Below the pieces are notes generated by a model that was given only the letters and a program-made list of their open reading frames with translations, did not search any database and had not been told where the DNA came from. From contig JAWXCN010000200.1 in NCBI GenBank assembly GCA_034408725.1, positions 2,871 through 66,870 on the forward strand: 64,000 nucleotides of DNA, written 5' to 3'. The DNA is from Candidatus Hydrogenedentota bacterium (GTDB lineage Bacteria > Hydrogenedentota > Hydrogenedentia > Hydrogenedentales > SLHB01). A program made the translations under genes and the position numbers. Below, in pieces: positions 52,498 to 61,484 of the stretch. Position 1 is the first letter of the stretch. Every line of letters begins with the position of its first letter.

Positions 52498-53079
52498 TTG
52501 GCTGAGGAATCCCATGGGCAGGCGACAGACGCCGCTTGGGAACCCGACTGCGTTTCGCGGGCCATTTCGGGAGAACCCGCGGCATTTGAACTGCTGGTGG
52601 ACGCTTATACGCCGCGCATTTATTCGCATGCCATTCGCATGCTGCGCAATCGAGAAGAGGCGGAGGACATTGTGCAGGAGACTTTCCTGCGGGTATATCG
52701 AAACCTTTCTGCTTTTGATCAAAAGCGCCCATTTCGGAACTGGGTGTATACGATTGCGACGAATCTTGCTCTGAACGCATTGCGCGCGCGGCAACGGCGC
52801 GGTCAACCGGTGGCACTTGATTTTGGTGACGTTGATGCCAATTGGGTGGCAAACGCTACCGCGCGAGACGTCGTTACGCGCGAGGATTTGGCGGAGCGCA
52901 TCGCAAACGCCGTCTGCAAGTTGCCCGCGCAACCCGCGGCTTTGGTGCATCTGCATTACATAGAGGGCATGACGATTCGAGAGGCCGCGGAGATGTTGAA
53001 CATGCGCGAGGACGCGGCAAAGGTCGCGTTGCACCGCGCGCGAAAGCGCCTGCGCGAACTGTTGCAGAACGAACCATGA
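52498..53079 (+). CDS. ECF (RpoE-like) sigma-70 family factor
   Basis: Region 2 (IVQETFLRVYRNLSAFDQKRPFRNWVYTIATN) and region 4 (HYIEGMTIREAAEMLNMREDAAKVALHRARKRL). A TTG at 52498 with AGGAGGAG upstream is proposed, because the longest ORF overlaps DUF1501. Confidence 0.8.
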   Translation: MAEESHGQATDAAWEPDCVSRAISGEPAAFELLVDAYTPRIYSHAIRMLRNREEAEDIVQETFLRVYRNLSAFDQKRPFRNWVYTIATNLALNALRARQRRGQPVALDFGDVDANWVANATARDVVTREDLAERIANAVCKLPAQPAALVHLHYIEGMTIREAAEMLNMREDAAKVALHRARKRLRELLQNEP

Positions 53080-53642
53080 TGAACTGTGAAACTTATAGAG
53101 CGGAATGCGATCAGCAGTTCGACGCCGGCGAGGTCGTGATTCTCGATGGGGAGCATGCAGCGGCGTGCGCCGATTGCGCGGCCTACGGCGAGCGTCTTGC
53201 CGCCATGCAAGAGGCTTTGTCGCGGGCGCCGCTTGAGACGCCACGCGCGAGCTTTACCGAAGTATTGAAGGCGCGGCTTGCGCAGGAACGGGCGCATGCG
53301 GATGAATCGCAATGGTGGATCGGTGCGTCGGCATTTGCGGCGTGCGCATTGTTTGTGGTTGCTGGGTGGTACGCGGCCGGTCCAATAAATCCATCCGCGT
53401 GGATTAATCGGGATCTCGCCGGCATTTCGGTTTGGCAATATGTGGAGGAAGTCACGCGCGACAGTTCCCTTGCTTGGGCAAAGCACTATTGGTTCATCGC
53501 GACGGAGCCGCTTTCGGGATTGGCATCACCGAGGACGTGGACGCTTGCGGTGCTCGCGTTGATCGCGCTGGTAAGCGTGAACATGGCGGAAGCGTACCGA
53601 TTGCGCGGGGCAAGCCGATTTTCTCCGCATCGGCGGAATTGA
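53076..53642 (+). CDS. Anti-sigma factor (zf-HC2-like N-terminus, TM segments)
   Basis: ATGA overlap with the sigma gene. N-terminal Cys/His pattern (CETYRAECD...HAAACADCAAY), then a TM helix. Confidence 0.6.
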   Translation: MMNCETYRAECDQQFDAGEVVILDGEHAAACADCAAYGERLAAMQEALSRAPLETPRASFTEVLKARLAQERAHADESQWWIGASAFAACALFVVAGWYAAGPINPSAWINRDLAGISVWQYVEEVTRDSSLAWAKHYWFIATEPLSGLASPRTWTLAVLALIALVSVNMAEAYRLRGASRFSPHRRN

Positions 53643-53646
53643 CGCG

Positions 53647-54132
53647 ATGCCTTACCAGAAAGCGATCGTGTTTTTTGTGTTCGCGCTCCTTTACCTGGCC
53701 GCGAAGGCGGGGTGCGTCGCGATGGCGATATGGATGCATGCGGTGGCGCCGGATTTTATTGGGCGCGCGTTGACGGCATACAACACGCGCGCCAAACGTT
53801 GTTTCGCGCTTGGCGTCGTGAATGCGTTGGCGGTTCTGTTCCTCTGCGCAGTGTTGTTTGGAACACAGTTGGAACCGTTGGGCCTGCTCGGGCTTGCGCT
53901 GCTATTGAGCCTTGCGGCATTGGCGATGGTCGGGTATTCGTTGTCGTACCATGATTTGGGGCGTCAACTTCGCGATGAGCGCGCATGGACGCCCGCGCGC
54001 ACGATTCTGCTTGGGGGGATTGCGGCGGAAGCCGCGTTCATGGCGCCGGTGATTGGGCAGGTGTTTTCGATTGGAGTGCTGTTTCGCGGATTGGGGGCGG
54101 TGGTGAGCGCGATGTTGTGGCGGGGCAAATGA
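53647..54132 (+). CDS. Hypothetical membrane protein (possible third gene of the sigma operon)
   Basis: 161 aa, about 5 TM helices. Starts 5 nt after the anti-sigma stop. Confidence 0.45.
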   Translation: MPYQKAIVFFVFALLYLAAKAGCVAMAIWMHAVAPDFIGRALTAYNTRAKRCFALGVVNALAVLFLCAVLFGTQLEPLGLLGLALLLSLAALAMVGYSLSYHDLGRQLRDERAWTPARTILLGGIAAEAAFMAPVIGQVFSIGVLFRGLGAVVSAMLWRGK

Positions 54133-54194
54133 AAAACAAAATTTGAGCTTTGAAATTTTAAAAAAAATATGTCCGTTCGCTGCAACGACCCGGA

Positions 54195-54748
54195 TCAGGT
54201 TTGATTGCCGGTCATAATCCAATAGCGCTTCTTGCCAATCGTGGTTCCCGCGGGAAACACGGTCGATTCATAGACGCCGCCGGACTTGAGAATGGCGCGT
54301 TCGGAGGCGATATTTCCTTCATCGCACGTGAGCAATAGTTTGCCAACCGACACAGCCTCTGGCGTCCGGATTAGAAATTCCATCATCCGTGTCGCGATTC
54401 CCCGCCCCCGGTAGCTTGGCCGGACGATATAGCCGACATGGCCGCCGACGGTTGCGAGAAATTCGTTGAGTTCCAAACGGAGGCCGATGCGTCCAACCAA
54501 GACATCGTCCTGAATGGCCCAATAGGTGTCATACCACGCACGAAATGAGACGGTGGCGTGATTTCCCGCGCGCGCAATTCCGCGACGTATTCTGGAAAAC
54601 GATTATAAATCAGGTCTTCCGAACCGTCGGGGCCCAAATACATCCACGCATCTTTGTCCGCCGCGGAGGTCATTTCTTCGTATGCGGCAATGAAAGACTT
54701 TTGGTAGCTTTCGCATGGCGCTATGAATTGCAATTTAGGCCGAACCAA
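54195..54748 (-). pseudogene. GNAT acetyltransferase (COG3981-like) with a frameshift
   Basis: The N-terminal half (LQFIAPCESYQKSFIAAYEEM...PPSHFVRG) is in one frame. The GNAT core (YWAIQDDVLVGRIGLRLELN...GGHVGYIVRPSYRGRGIAT) is in the -1 frame with no start of its own. The frames switch near 54520-54570. Confidence 0.55.
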
Positions 54749-54764
54749 GGCGGTTAACGATCGA

Positions 54765-55586
54765 TTACGCTTTGTAGTGCTTGAGCGCGGTTGTGAAATC
54801 ATCGACATCGAACACGAAGCCAAAGAGCAGCGCCACCCGCCACAGGGCGAGTTCCTTGGCAAACTGATTGTGCGCGGACTCCTTGCTTTCGATAGCAACA
54901 ACGGCCTGGCGTAGCGCGGAACACATCATGCCACGTTCGTTCATGTCCACCATACCTCCCGGCGAAATGAGCAGGCAGCCGTCAATTGCGAATCCCCCAT
55001 AGATGAGATGGTTTATCTCCAATTTCTTGCAGACAGCGAAAAGTTGATGGCCATCTTCGCAGATGTATTCCGAATCCAGAGGCATCGCGTACGGATCAAA
55101 ATCAAGTCGGCCGAAACCTTTTTGTATGTCCGGGATATTTGCCATGCCTGGAAACACATTAGCCTGCTTGAACCCGGCCAGTTTATCTCGCAAGGGATCG
55201 GGCTTTGCATGCTCCGGTCCCGCCGGTGATGGGCCGGATAGTTCTACCGCGCGTTTGTAACCGGGCCGTTCCTTGTAATACCCGGCGCTGCTGACGACGT
55301 GCATCAGCGGCAATGGCGACGAACGAATGGTCGCCAGCAGGTTCGGATACAATTGGCGGCACACCTCCGCCGCCCTTGGAATGTACGGTACTGCGCAGTG
55401 CCAGCCTGGAAATTCTTCATAGGCGCCGCAATCCCACGCGTGCATCACGACAATGCCGGTATGGTCCGGCGCGAACTCGAGCTCAGTTTTCTTCCATCCG
55501 CCAAACCCCTCCTCCGGCACGGCCCGCGTAAAGTCCGCGCTAAAGTGCTGATAGTAATTCACGGGTATGCGCAATGGGTTAGGCAT
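54765..55586 (-). CDS. Isochorismatase/cysteine-hydrolase-like protein
   Basis: GIVVMHAWDCG and INHLIYGGFAIDGCLLISPG resemble the isochorismatase fold. Assignment is tentative. Confidence 0.4.
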   Translation of the reverse strand: MPNPLRIPVNYYQHFSADFTRAVPEEGFGGWKKTELEFAPDHTGIVVMHAWDCGAYEEFPGWHCAVPYIPRAAEVCRQLYPNLLATIRSSPLPLMHVVSSAGYYKERPGYKRAVELSGPSPAGPEHAKPDPLRDKLAGFKQANVFPGMANIPDIQKGFGRLDFDPYAMPLDSEYICEDGHQLFAVCKKLEINHLIYGGFAIDGCLLISPGGMVDMNERGMMCSALRQAVVAIESKESAHNQFAKELALWRVALLFGFVFDVDDFTTALKHYKA

Positions 55587-55712
55587 GACAACTCCTTCGG
55601 GGGTGTTTGGAAACTATAGCGCGGGGGCAAATTGCGCGCAAACACCGTCCATTGCTATACTCCGCGCCGCAATGAGGGGCAATCGGCGTTGGGCCGTGGA
55701 GAAGCATTATCC

Positions 55713-56462
55713 ATGTCTGGGCATAGCAAATGGAGCACGATCAAGCGCAAAAAAGGCGCGTTGGACGCCAAGCGCGGGAAGATTTTCTCGAAGCTGGCGA
55801 AGGAGATTACCGTCGCGGCGAAGGTAGGCGGGCGCGATCCGAATGCGAACCCGCGATTGCGCACCGTGTTGCTTGCCGCGCGCAGCCAGAACATGCCTAA
55901 GGACAACGTCGAGCGCGCAATCAAAAAAGGCACGGGCGAAATACCCGGCATCAGTTACGAAGAAACCCGCTACGAAGCGTATGGTCCCGCGGGTGTGGCT
56001 GTCCTCGTCGATGTTCTGACCGACAACAAGAACAGAACGGTTTCAGAGGTCCGCCATATTTTTACGAAGAACGGCGGTAGTCTGGCCGAAGCCGGCGCGG
56101 TTGGATGGATTTTTGATCGCAAGGGCATGATCTCGGTCGCGAAAACCGGCTTGACCGATGACGATATTTTTGAGAAGGCCATCGAAGCCGGCGCGGAAGA
56201 CGTCGACACCGAAGGCGACATGTACGAGCTGAAGACGGCAGACATGGACCTTCATACTGTGGTTGGGGCGCTGGAGAAAATCGGCATCAAGGTCGAAGAA
56301 GCCAAGCTGACCATGGAACCAAAGAACACCGTTAAAGTTGACGGGAGCAATGTCGCCGCGGTGCTCCGGCTGATGGAAAGTCTCGAAGATAACGACGACG
56401 TGCAGGAAGTGTACGCGAACTTTGATATATCGGAGCAGGACATGGCCACGGCCATGAACTGA
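55713..56462 (+). CDS. yebC: YebC/PmpR family DNA-binding regulator
   Basis: [32 protein letters not shown]... is the canonical YebC N-terminus. Confidence 0.9.
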   Translation: MSGHSKWSTIKRKKGALDAKRGKIFSKLAKEITVAAKVGGRDPNANPRLRTVLLAARSQNMPKDNVERAIKKGTGEIPGISYEETRYEAYGPAGVAVLVDVLTDNKNRTVSEVRHIFTKNGGSLAEAGAVGWIFDRKGMISVAKTGLTDDDIFEKAIEAGAEDVDTEGDMYELKTADMDLHTVVGALEKIGIKVEEAKLTMEPKNTVKVDGSNVAAVLRLMESLEDNDDVQEVYANFDISEQDMATAMN

Positions 56463-56492
56463 GGCCATGCCATCCACGCGGGCCATCTTCCC

Positions 56493-56981
56493 ATGATTGT
56501 ACTGGGGTTTGACCCAGGCACGGCCACGACTGGCTACGGGGTAGTCGAAGGAAAAGGGACGCGGCTTGTTCACATCGCGCATGGGATTATTTCCACGCCT
56601 GCCAATACACCTTTCGCGGCGCGGCTGCACGCGATTCACCTTGAAGCCATTCGCCTTATTCGGGAATACGTTCCCGAAGCTGTCGCGATCGAGAAGCTCT
56701 ACTTTGCGAGAAATGTTACGACTGGAATCGCGGTTGCGCAGTCGAGAGGGGTGATCGCTCTTGCGGCGGACATGGCTGGGCTACCTATCGGCGAGTTTAG
56801 CCCACTCGAAGTAAAGAACGCAGTCGTTGGTTACGGCAAAGCAACGAAGCATCAGGTGCAGGACATGGTGAAAATCCTTTTAAACCTTGGTGAGCGCCCG
56901 AAACCGGACGATGCGGCGGACGCCCTCGCGCTAGCCATTTGCCAAGCACAGGCGGGCAAGGTGATGCGGCTGTTGCAGTAG
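56493..56981 (+). CDS. ruvC: Holliday junction resolvase RuvC
   Basis: MIVLGFDPGTATTGYGVVE, AIEKLYF, DAADALALAI. Conserved yebC-ruvC synteny. Confidence 0.9.
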   Translation: MIVLGFDPGTATTGYGVVEGKGTRLVHIAHGIISTPANTPFAARLHAIHLEAIRLIREYVPEAVAIEKLYFARNVTTGIAVAQSRGVIALAADMAGLPIGEFSPLEVKNAVVGYGKATKHQVQDMVKILLNLGERPKPDDAADALALAICQAQAGKVMRLLQ

Positions 56982-56995
56982 CGGCCGGGACGTGC

Positions 56996-58111
56996 CTAAG
57001 TGCCAAGTTTCGCGTGCGCCGATTCAATCGCGGTGATGACGTCGGGTAGGTGTAATACCTGGTTTAGCGTGTATTTTAACGGATTGAGCTTGATGTAGGT
57101 TGTGTCTTGAGGCGGCGCGGCAAGCACGCGCGCGCAGTTGGGTCTCACTCCTTCAGGGCCGAGTTCGATGAACCCAATTCCCGCGAAATACTCGAGCGTC
57201 GCGTCGATTTCCTTCCGCCGCCGGCCAATGGCAGCGGGATCGATGATGCGCTTGTGAAGCGAAGAAAGCGCCGCGCCGACGGCACTATCCATTGCATTGA
57301 TGGAAATCCCTCCGAGTCGCCCGTGCAGGCAGTGCAAATAAAGGATTCCTGCCACGAAATGCGCCACGTTGATTTCAACCATGTCGCCCATCAATTCGAT
57401 CAACCTGAAGTCAAGGGCCCGTTGCGCGGCTCGGTCGGCATCTTGCTCAAGAAATACGGGGTTGCCAAACGCTACGGTGGATTTTTTTGTCACCAGGTTG
57501 AGCGTGCGCGCTACGGGTACCGCGGCGACTTGCAGGTCCGGCTTGTTGCGTTGCGCTTGGGCGATGAGGAACGTCACGCCTCCGGGTTCATCGATGCCAT
57601 CGCGATACTCGATGAACACGCCGGTCCTTGACCGCGAACGGCCGGGGTACATGATGAATGCGGACCGTTCTCGCAGAAGCGAGATAAAAGGTTTGAGCTG
57701 CGCAAGCTGCACCCGATCGCGGCTAATCTGAAGTGTGCCGAAGAGCCGGGCGAGCTCATCAACATCGACGAGCCGCGATTTCAAAATGCCACCGGTGTGC
57801 TTAAAAAAATCGTCGCGCATCATGTATCGAACAGGGTAAGCGCCCTCGCAAACGCGGTGGATTGCGCGGTACATGATGAAGGGGTCATCTTTTGCGAAAT
57901 GGTTCGCGGAGAATACCGCGGGGCCCGCCCTTGGGCAATGGTGCGAGCCTTCGACGCGCAGGCGTCTGGGCCATTTCATGAAGCGGTCGAACACAAAGAT
58001 CATTTCGGGATAGATCGCGAGGAACGACGGGCATTTTCCGAACCCAAGCCGGTACGCGGTATAGCGTATGAGACACCATGCGAAAACGGACCATGCGCGA
58101 ACTTCGCGCAT
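56996..58111 (-). CDS. Lysophospholipid (PlsC-like) acyltransferase family protein
   Basis: HX4D-type motif SANHFAKDDPF and YPGRSRSRTG. Start uncertain. Confidence 0.5.
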   Translation of the reverse strand: MREVRAWSVFAWCLIRYTAYRLGFGKCPSFLAIYPEMIFVFDRFMKWPRRLRVEGSHHCPRAGPAVFSANHFAKDDPFIMYRAIHRVCEGAYPVRYMMRDDFFKHTGGILKSRLVDVDELARLFGTLQISRDRVQLAQLKPFISLLRERSAFIMYPGRSRSRTGVFIEYRDGIDEPGGVTFLIAQAQRNKPDLQVAAVPVARTLNLVTKKSTVAFGNPVFLEQDADRAAQRALDFRLIELMGDMVEINVAHFVAGILYLHCLHGRLGGISINAMDSAVGAALSSLHKRIIDPAAIGRRRKEIDATLEYFAGIGFIELGPEGVRPNCARVLAAPPQDTTYIKLNPLKYTLNQVLHLPDVITAIESAHAKLGT

Positions 58112-58304
58112 CACGGACGCGCATTCGCACGCGCCGGGAGCGCGACGACAAGATCGGTAAATGACGCTTCGTATCGACAACGCGTCACGGCAAGACTCCG
58201 GTCAAGCAACTGGGTTGTCGAGATGGTATCAAAGGCGATTGAAGGGGTAAAGCGTCACTGCATTATGTACAATCCGAACTTGTGCAAAATCAGGGGGCGC
58301 TTGC

Positions 58305-59096
58305 GTGACATTTTCCTTCGTCGTCGAGATGTTGTTGCTTGGTTGTGCCGTGGGCATGACCAGCGCGGCGCTAGGATTGGGCGGCGGCATCTTCATGGTG
58401 CCGGCGTTTCTGTTCTTTGTCGAGGGTATGGACGCGCACACGGCGAAGGGCACCAGCCTGTTCATTATCATTTTCGTATCGGCGGTCAATACGTGGCGCA
58501 TGAACAGAAACCAGCCGCCGCAATACGGTCTCGCCGCGGTGATCGCGTGCGGATCGATTGTGGGCGGATACTTCGGAAGCTGGATTACGACCAAGCTACC
58601 AGAGGCGGGTGTCATCTGGTTATTTATTGCATTGCTTGCGTTTGTGGGTGTCCGCACATTTTTCATCACACCGCGGAAAGTCCATGACGAAGATGTGCGC
58701 ACGCGCAACGCCTTGGCCATAGGCATTGGGACGCTCGCAAGCATCGTGGGCGGCGCAACGGGCACGGGCGGTGGCGCGGTGCTTGTGCCGCTGGCGTTGA
58801 TGGCGGGGTTGGTCACCAATGAGCGGGCGGTCGCGCTGTCGAACACCGTCATGGTGGTGACGAGTATCTCGGGCACTGTTGCGAGTTTCCTGGCGCCTAA
58901 AACCGCCGACCTGCCGTGGACCTTCGGGCACGTCAGCATCGCGTTGGCCCCGCTGGTATTTATCGGCGCGCAACTCATTACGCCCGTTGCCGGACGATTT
59001 GAAAAATGGCTCACGCTTGAGCGGCGCAAGGTCGTGATGGGAATATTGCTGCTCGCTATGACGGCCGGACTGATATGGAAAACCCTGCGAGGCTAA
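58305..59096 (+). CDS. TauE/SafE (TSUP) family anion exporter
   Basis: Two repeats of the GLGGGIFMVP / TGTGGGAVLVP type. Eight TM helices. GTG start. Confidence 0.8.
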   Translation: MTFSFVVEMLLLGCAVGMTSAALGLGGGIFMVPAFLFFVEGMDAHTAKGTSLFIIIFVSAVNTWRMNRNQPPQYGLAAVIACGSIVGGYFGSWITTKLPEAGVIWLFIALLAFVGVRTFFITPRKVHDEDVRTRNALAIGIGTLASIVGGATGTGGGAVLVPLALMAGLVTNERAVALSNTVMVVTSISGTVASFLAPKTADLPWTFGHVSIALAPLVFIGAQLITPVAGRFEKWLTLERRKVVMGILLLAMTAGLIWKTLRG

Positions 59097-59115
59097 ACGT
59101 CCGAATCTGGATGCG

Positions 59116-60429
59116 TTACACGCCGATTCGCATGCCGTCCGGGATGATCGCGCTTTTGAGCACGATCACGATACCGTCGCGGATGGCGTGGCCCAGGCCG
59201 TCTGAATCGGGGAGGTGATCGCCCCCTTCGATCACGACGTTTTTTCCGATTCGCGCGTTCTTATCGACAATGGCCCGGACAATGCGCGAACCCTCGCCGA
59301 TGCCAATGGGCACAGGCGCTTTGACAACGCGGTCCTCCTCGAAATAGTCCGCGCCCATGACAATGCTGTTATCGATTGTCACTTTAGACCGAATGATCGC
59401 GCGCACCCCAATGACTGACCGCGTGATGACTGCGTCGTCGATGCTGCATCCCTCGCAAATTACGGCTTCATTGATCCGGGCGTTGCTAATCTGCGAACCG
59501 GGGAGGTATCGCGCGCGCGAGTAGATCGGTTGCGAATTTTCATGAAACCGAAACGGCGGGTTTGGCCCGACCATCTGCAAACTCGTCTCGTAATAGGAGC
59601 GGACGGTTCCGATGTCTTCCCAAAACCCCGTGAACAAATGCGAAATGACCTTGCGGCCCTCGAGTGATCGGGGAATGACGTCGCGGCCGAAATCAATCCA
59701 CTCCGGCTGGGTGCGAAGGATTGTTTCGAGCACTTCGGGTTTGAATATATAGACGCCCATCGACGCGAGGTACTCACGGCCTTCGGCATGAATTCCGCGA
59801 TCGTTGAAAACCTGGTGCGGAGTGATCAGGTGGTCAAGTTGATCTTCGGTTTGCGGCTTTTCGACAAATTCGACGATACGGCCATCCGTTTCCACCTTGA
59901 GCACGCCAAAGCCTTTGGCGGCTTCGCGCATGACTGGCAACACACCGACGGTAATGCACGCATCCTGGTTTAGATGCGTCTCGAGCATCTGGCGATAATC
60001 CATGCGATAGAGCTGGTCTCCGGACAGAATCAGGTAATGGCTTGCCTGAAGGTGATCGATCTCGCGCAAATGCTTGCGGACGGCGTCCGCCGTGCCCTGA
60101 AACCAGTCGCCGCTTTCGGCGCGCTGTTCTGCCGCGAGAATTTCGACAAACCCTCCGGAAAAATTATCGAACTTGTAGGTGTTGTTGATGTGGCGGTGCA
60201 AGGAGGCGCTGTTGAATTGGGTCAATACGAATATGCGGTTGATGCCGGAATGAATGCAATTGCTGAGCGGAATGTCCACCAACCGATACCGTCCACCAAG
60301 CGGCACGGCTGGTTTCGCACGTTCGGCGGTCAGAGGATACAAACGGGACCCGCGGCCACCACCCAGGATGAGGGCAATGACTTTGTCGCAAACCTCGGCA
60401 ATGGTCGGTTTCTTTCGTTTCGACTTCAT
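59116..60429 (-). CDS. glgC: Glucose-1-phosphate adenylyltransferase
   Basis: LILGGGRGSRLYPLTAERAKPAVPLGGRYRLVDIPLSNC, FVEKP, and a C-terminal left-handed beta-helix. Confidence 0.9.
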   Translation of the reverse strand: MKSKRKKPTIAEVCDKVIALILGGGRGSRLYPLTAERAKPAVPLGGRYRLVDIPLSNCIHSGINRIFVLTQFNSASLHRHINNTYKFDNFSGGFVEILAAEQRAESGDWFQGTADAVRKHLREIDHLQASHYLILSGDQLYRMDYRQMLETHLNQDACITVGVLPVMREAAKGFGVLKVETDGRIVEFVEKPQTEDQLDHLITPHQVFNDRGIHAEGREYLASMGVYIFKPEVLETILRTQPEWIDFGRDVIPRSLEGRKVISHLFTGFWEDIGTVRSYYETSLQMVGPNPPFRFHENSQPIYSRARYLPGSQISNARINEAVICEGCSIDDAVITRSVIGVRAIIRSKVTIDNSIVMGADYFEEDRVVKAPVPIGIGEGSRIVRAIVDKNARIGKNVVIEGGDHLPDSDGLGHAIRDGIVIVLKSAIIPDGMRIGV

Positions 60430-60463
60430 ACCCCGTCCTGCTTCTGGAGAATTTCGCTAATGG

Positions 60464-61345
60464 CTAAAATGCGCGGGGGCCATAAATAATCGCGACGTTT
60501 GTAATGCCCCAAAGCACGACGGCCGCGAGCAGCGGCGCGTCTCTCACCAGGGTCCGGCTTGGGTCACCTCCACCACTCTTATGATGAACTAAATAGAGGT
60601 ACCGGAACAACCCGTAGATTACGCAGGGAAGTGTCAGGTATAGCTTGTCGGTATGAAGTCTTTCGACCACTTCCGAGGAGCAGGTGTAAATGGTATACGT
60701 CAAAAGAGTGGTGCCGGCAAGCACGATCATGAGCGCATCCAGATACGGCACGGTGTAGTGTCCGAGGACTTCGCGATGTTTTATGGCTTCTTCCTCGAGG
60801 AGCCCAATCTCGCGGCGGCGCTTGCCAAGGGCGAGAAATAGCGCCAAAAACAAGGTGCAGACAACGAGCCAATTGGAAAACGCAACGTCGATCACGAGCG
60901 CGCCGGCAATCCCGCGAATGACAAAGCTGACGGCAATCGCGAGCACGTCAACCAGCATAATATTTTTCAGGATAAGCGAATACGCCAGGTTTAAGACGAG
61001 AAATGCAATTGTGGCAAGGCCCAGTTTCCATTCAACGAGAAATGCCACGGTGAGCGCCAGTCCGGCGAGCACCGCAACCATTAACGCCGCGATGGGCACG
61101 GAAAGCGCCCCGCTCGCCACCGGACGATTTTTCTTTTCCGGGTGGCTCCGGTCCTTTTCAATATCGACAATGTCATTGAGCACGTAGACAGCGCTGGAGG
61201 CCGCGCACAGCACGGCAAACGCGAAGATGGTCTTGACGACCTTGAGGGGGTCGTCCAGCTCGACGGCAAACACCAATGCTCCGAAAACCACGAGGTTTTT
61301 CGGCCATTGATAGGCGCGCAATGCGGTGATTAAGGTGGCAATCAT
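60464..61345 (-). CDS. UbiA-family prenyltransferase (decaprenyl-phosphate phosphoribosyltransferase-like)
   Basis: NDIVDIEKDRSHPEKKNRPVASG Asp-rich motif. Nine TM helices. Confidence 0.8.
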   Translation of the reverse strand: MIATLITALRAYQWPKNLVVFGALVFAVELDDPLKVVKTIFAFAVLCAASSAVYVLNDIVDIEKDRSHPEKKNRPVASGALSVPIAALMVAVLAGLALTVAFLVEWKLGLATIAFLVLNLAYSLILKNIMLVDVLAIAVSFVIRGIAGALVIDVAFSNWLVVCTLFLALFLALGKRRREIGLLEEEAIKHREVLGHYTVPYLDALMIVLAGTTLLTYTIYTCSSEVVERLHTDKLYLTLPCVIYGLFRYLYLVHHKSGGGDPSRTLVRDAPLLAAVVLWGITNVAIIYGPRAF

Positions 61346-61484
61346 GGCGTGAGGCGCTTATTCTGTTCAAGGCCGCGCGGCAAGTCAAGGAGCGTCATAA
61401 AGGTTGAATCCCTCGCAACGACTGCGCTACGGTCTTGTATCGAGTCAACTCTATGATGCTTGGTGCTGAATCTACGTTTACACT

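Noticed and set aside
54133-54194. AT-rich palindrome AAAATTT-N8-AAATTTT between convergent genes as a bidirectional terminator
   Set aside because: The stem consists only of A/T pairs and would be very unstable, so it cannot be supported as a terminator from sequence alone.
57797-58687. 296-aa plus-strand ORF
   Set aside because: Overlaps both the acyltransferase gene (antisense) and the TauE gene (different frame), each of which has family motifs. The composition is Arg-rich.
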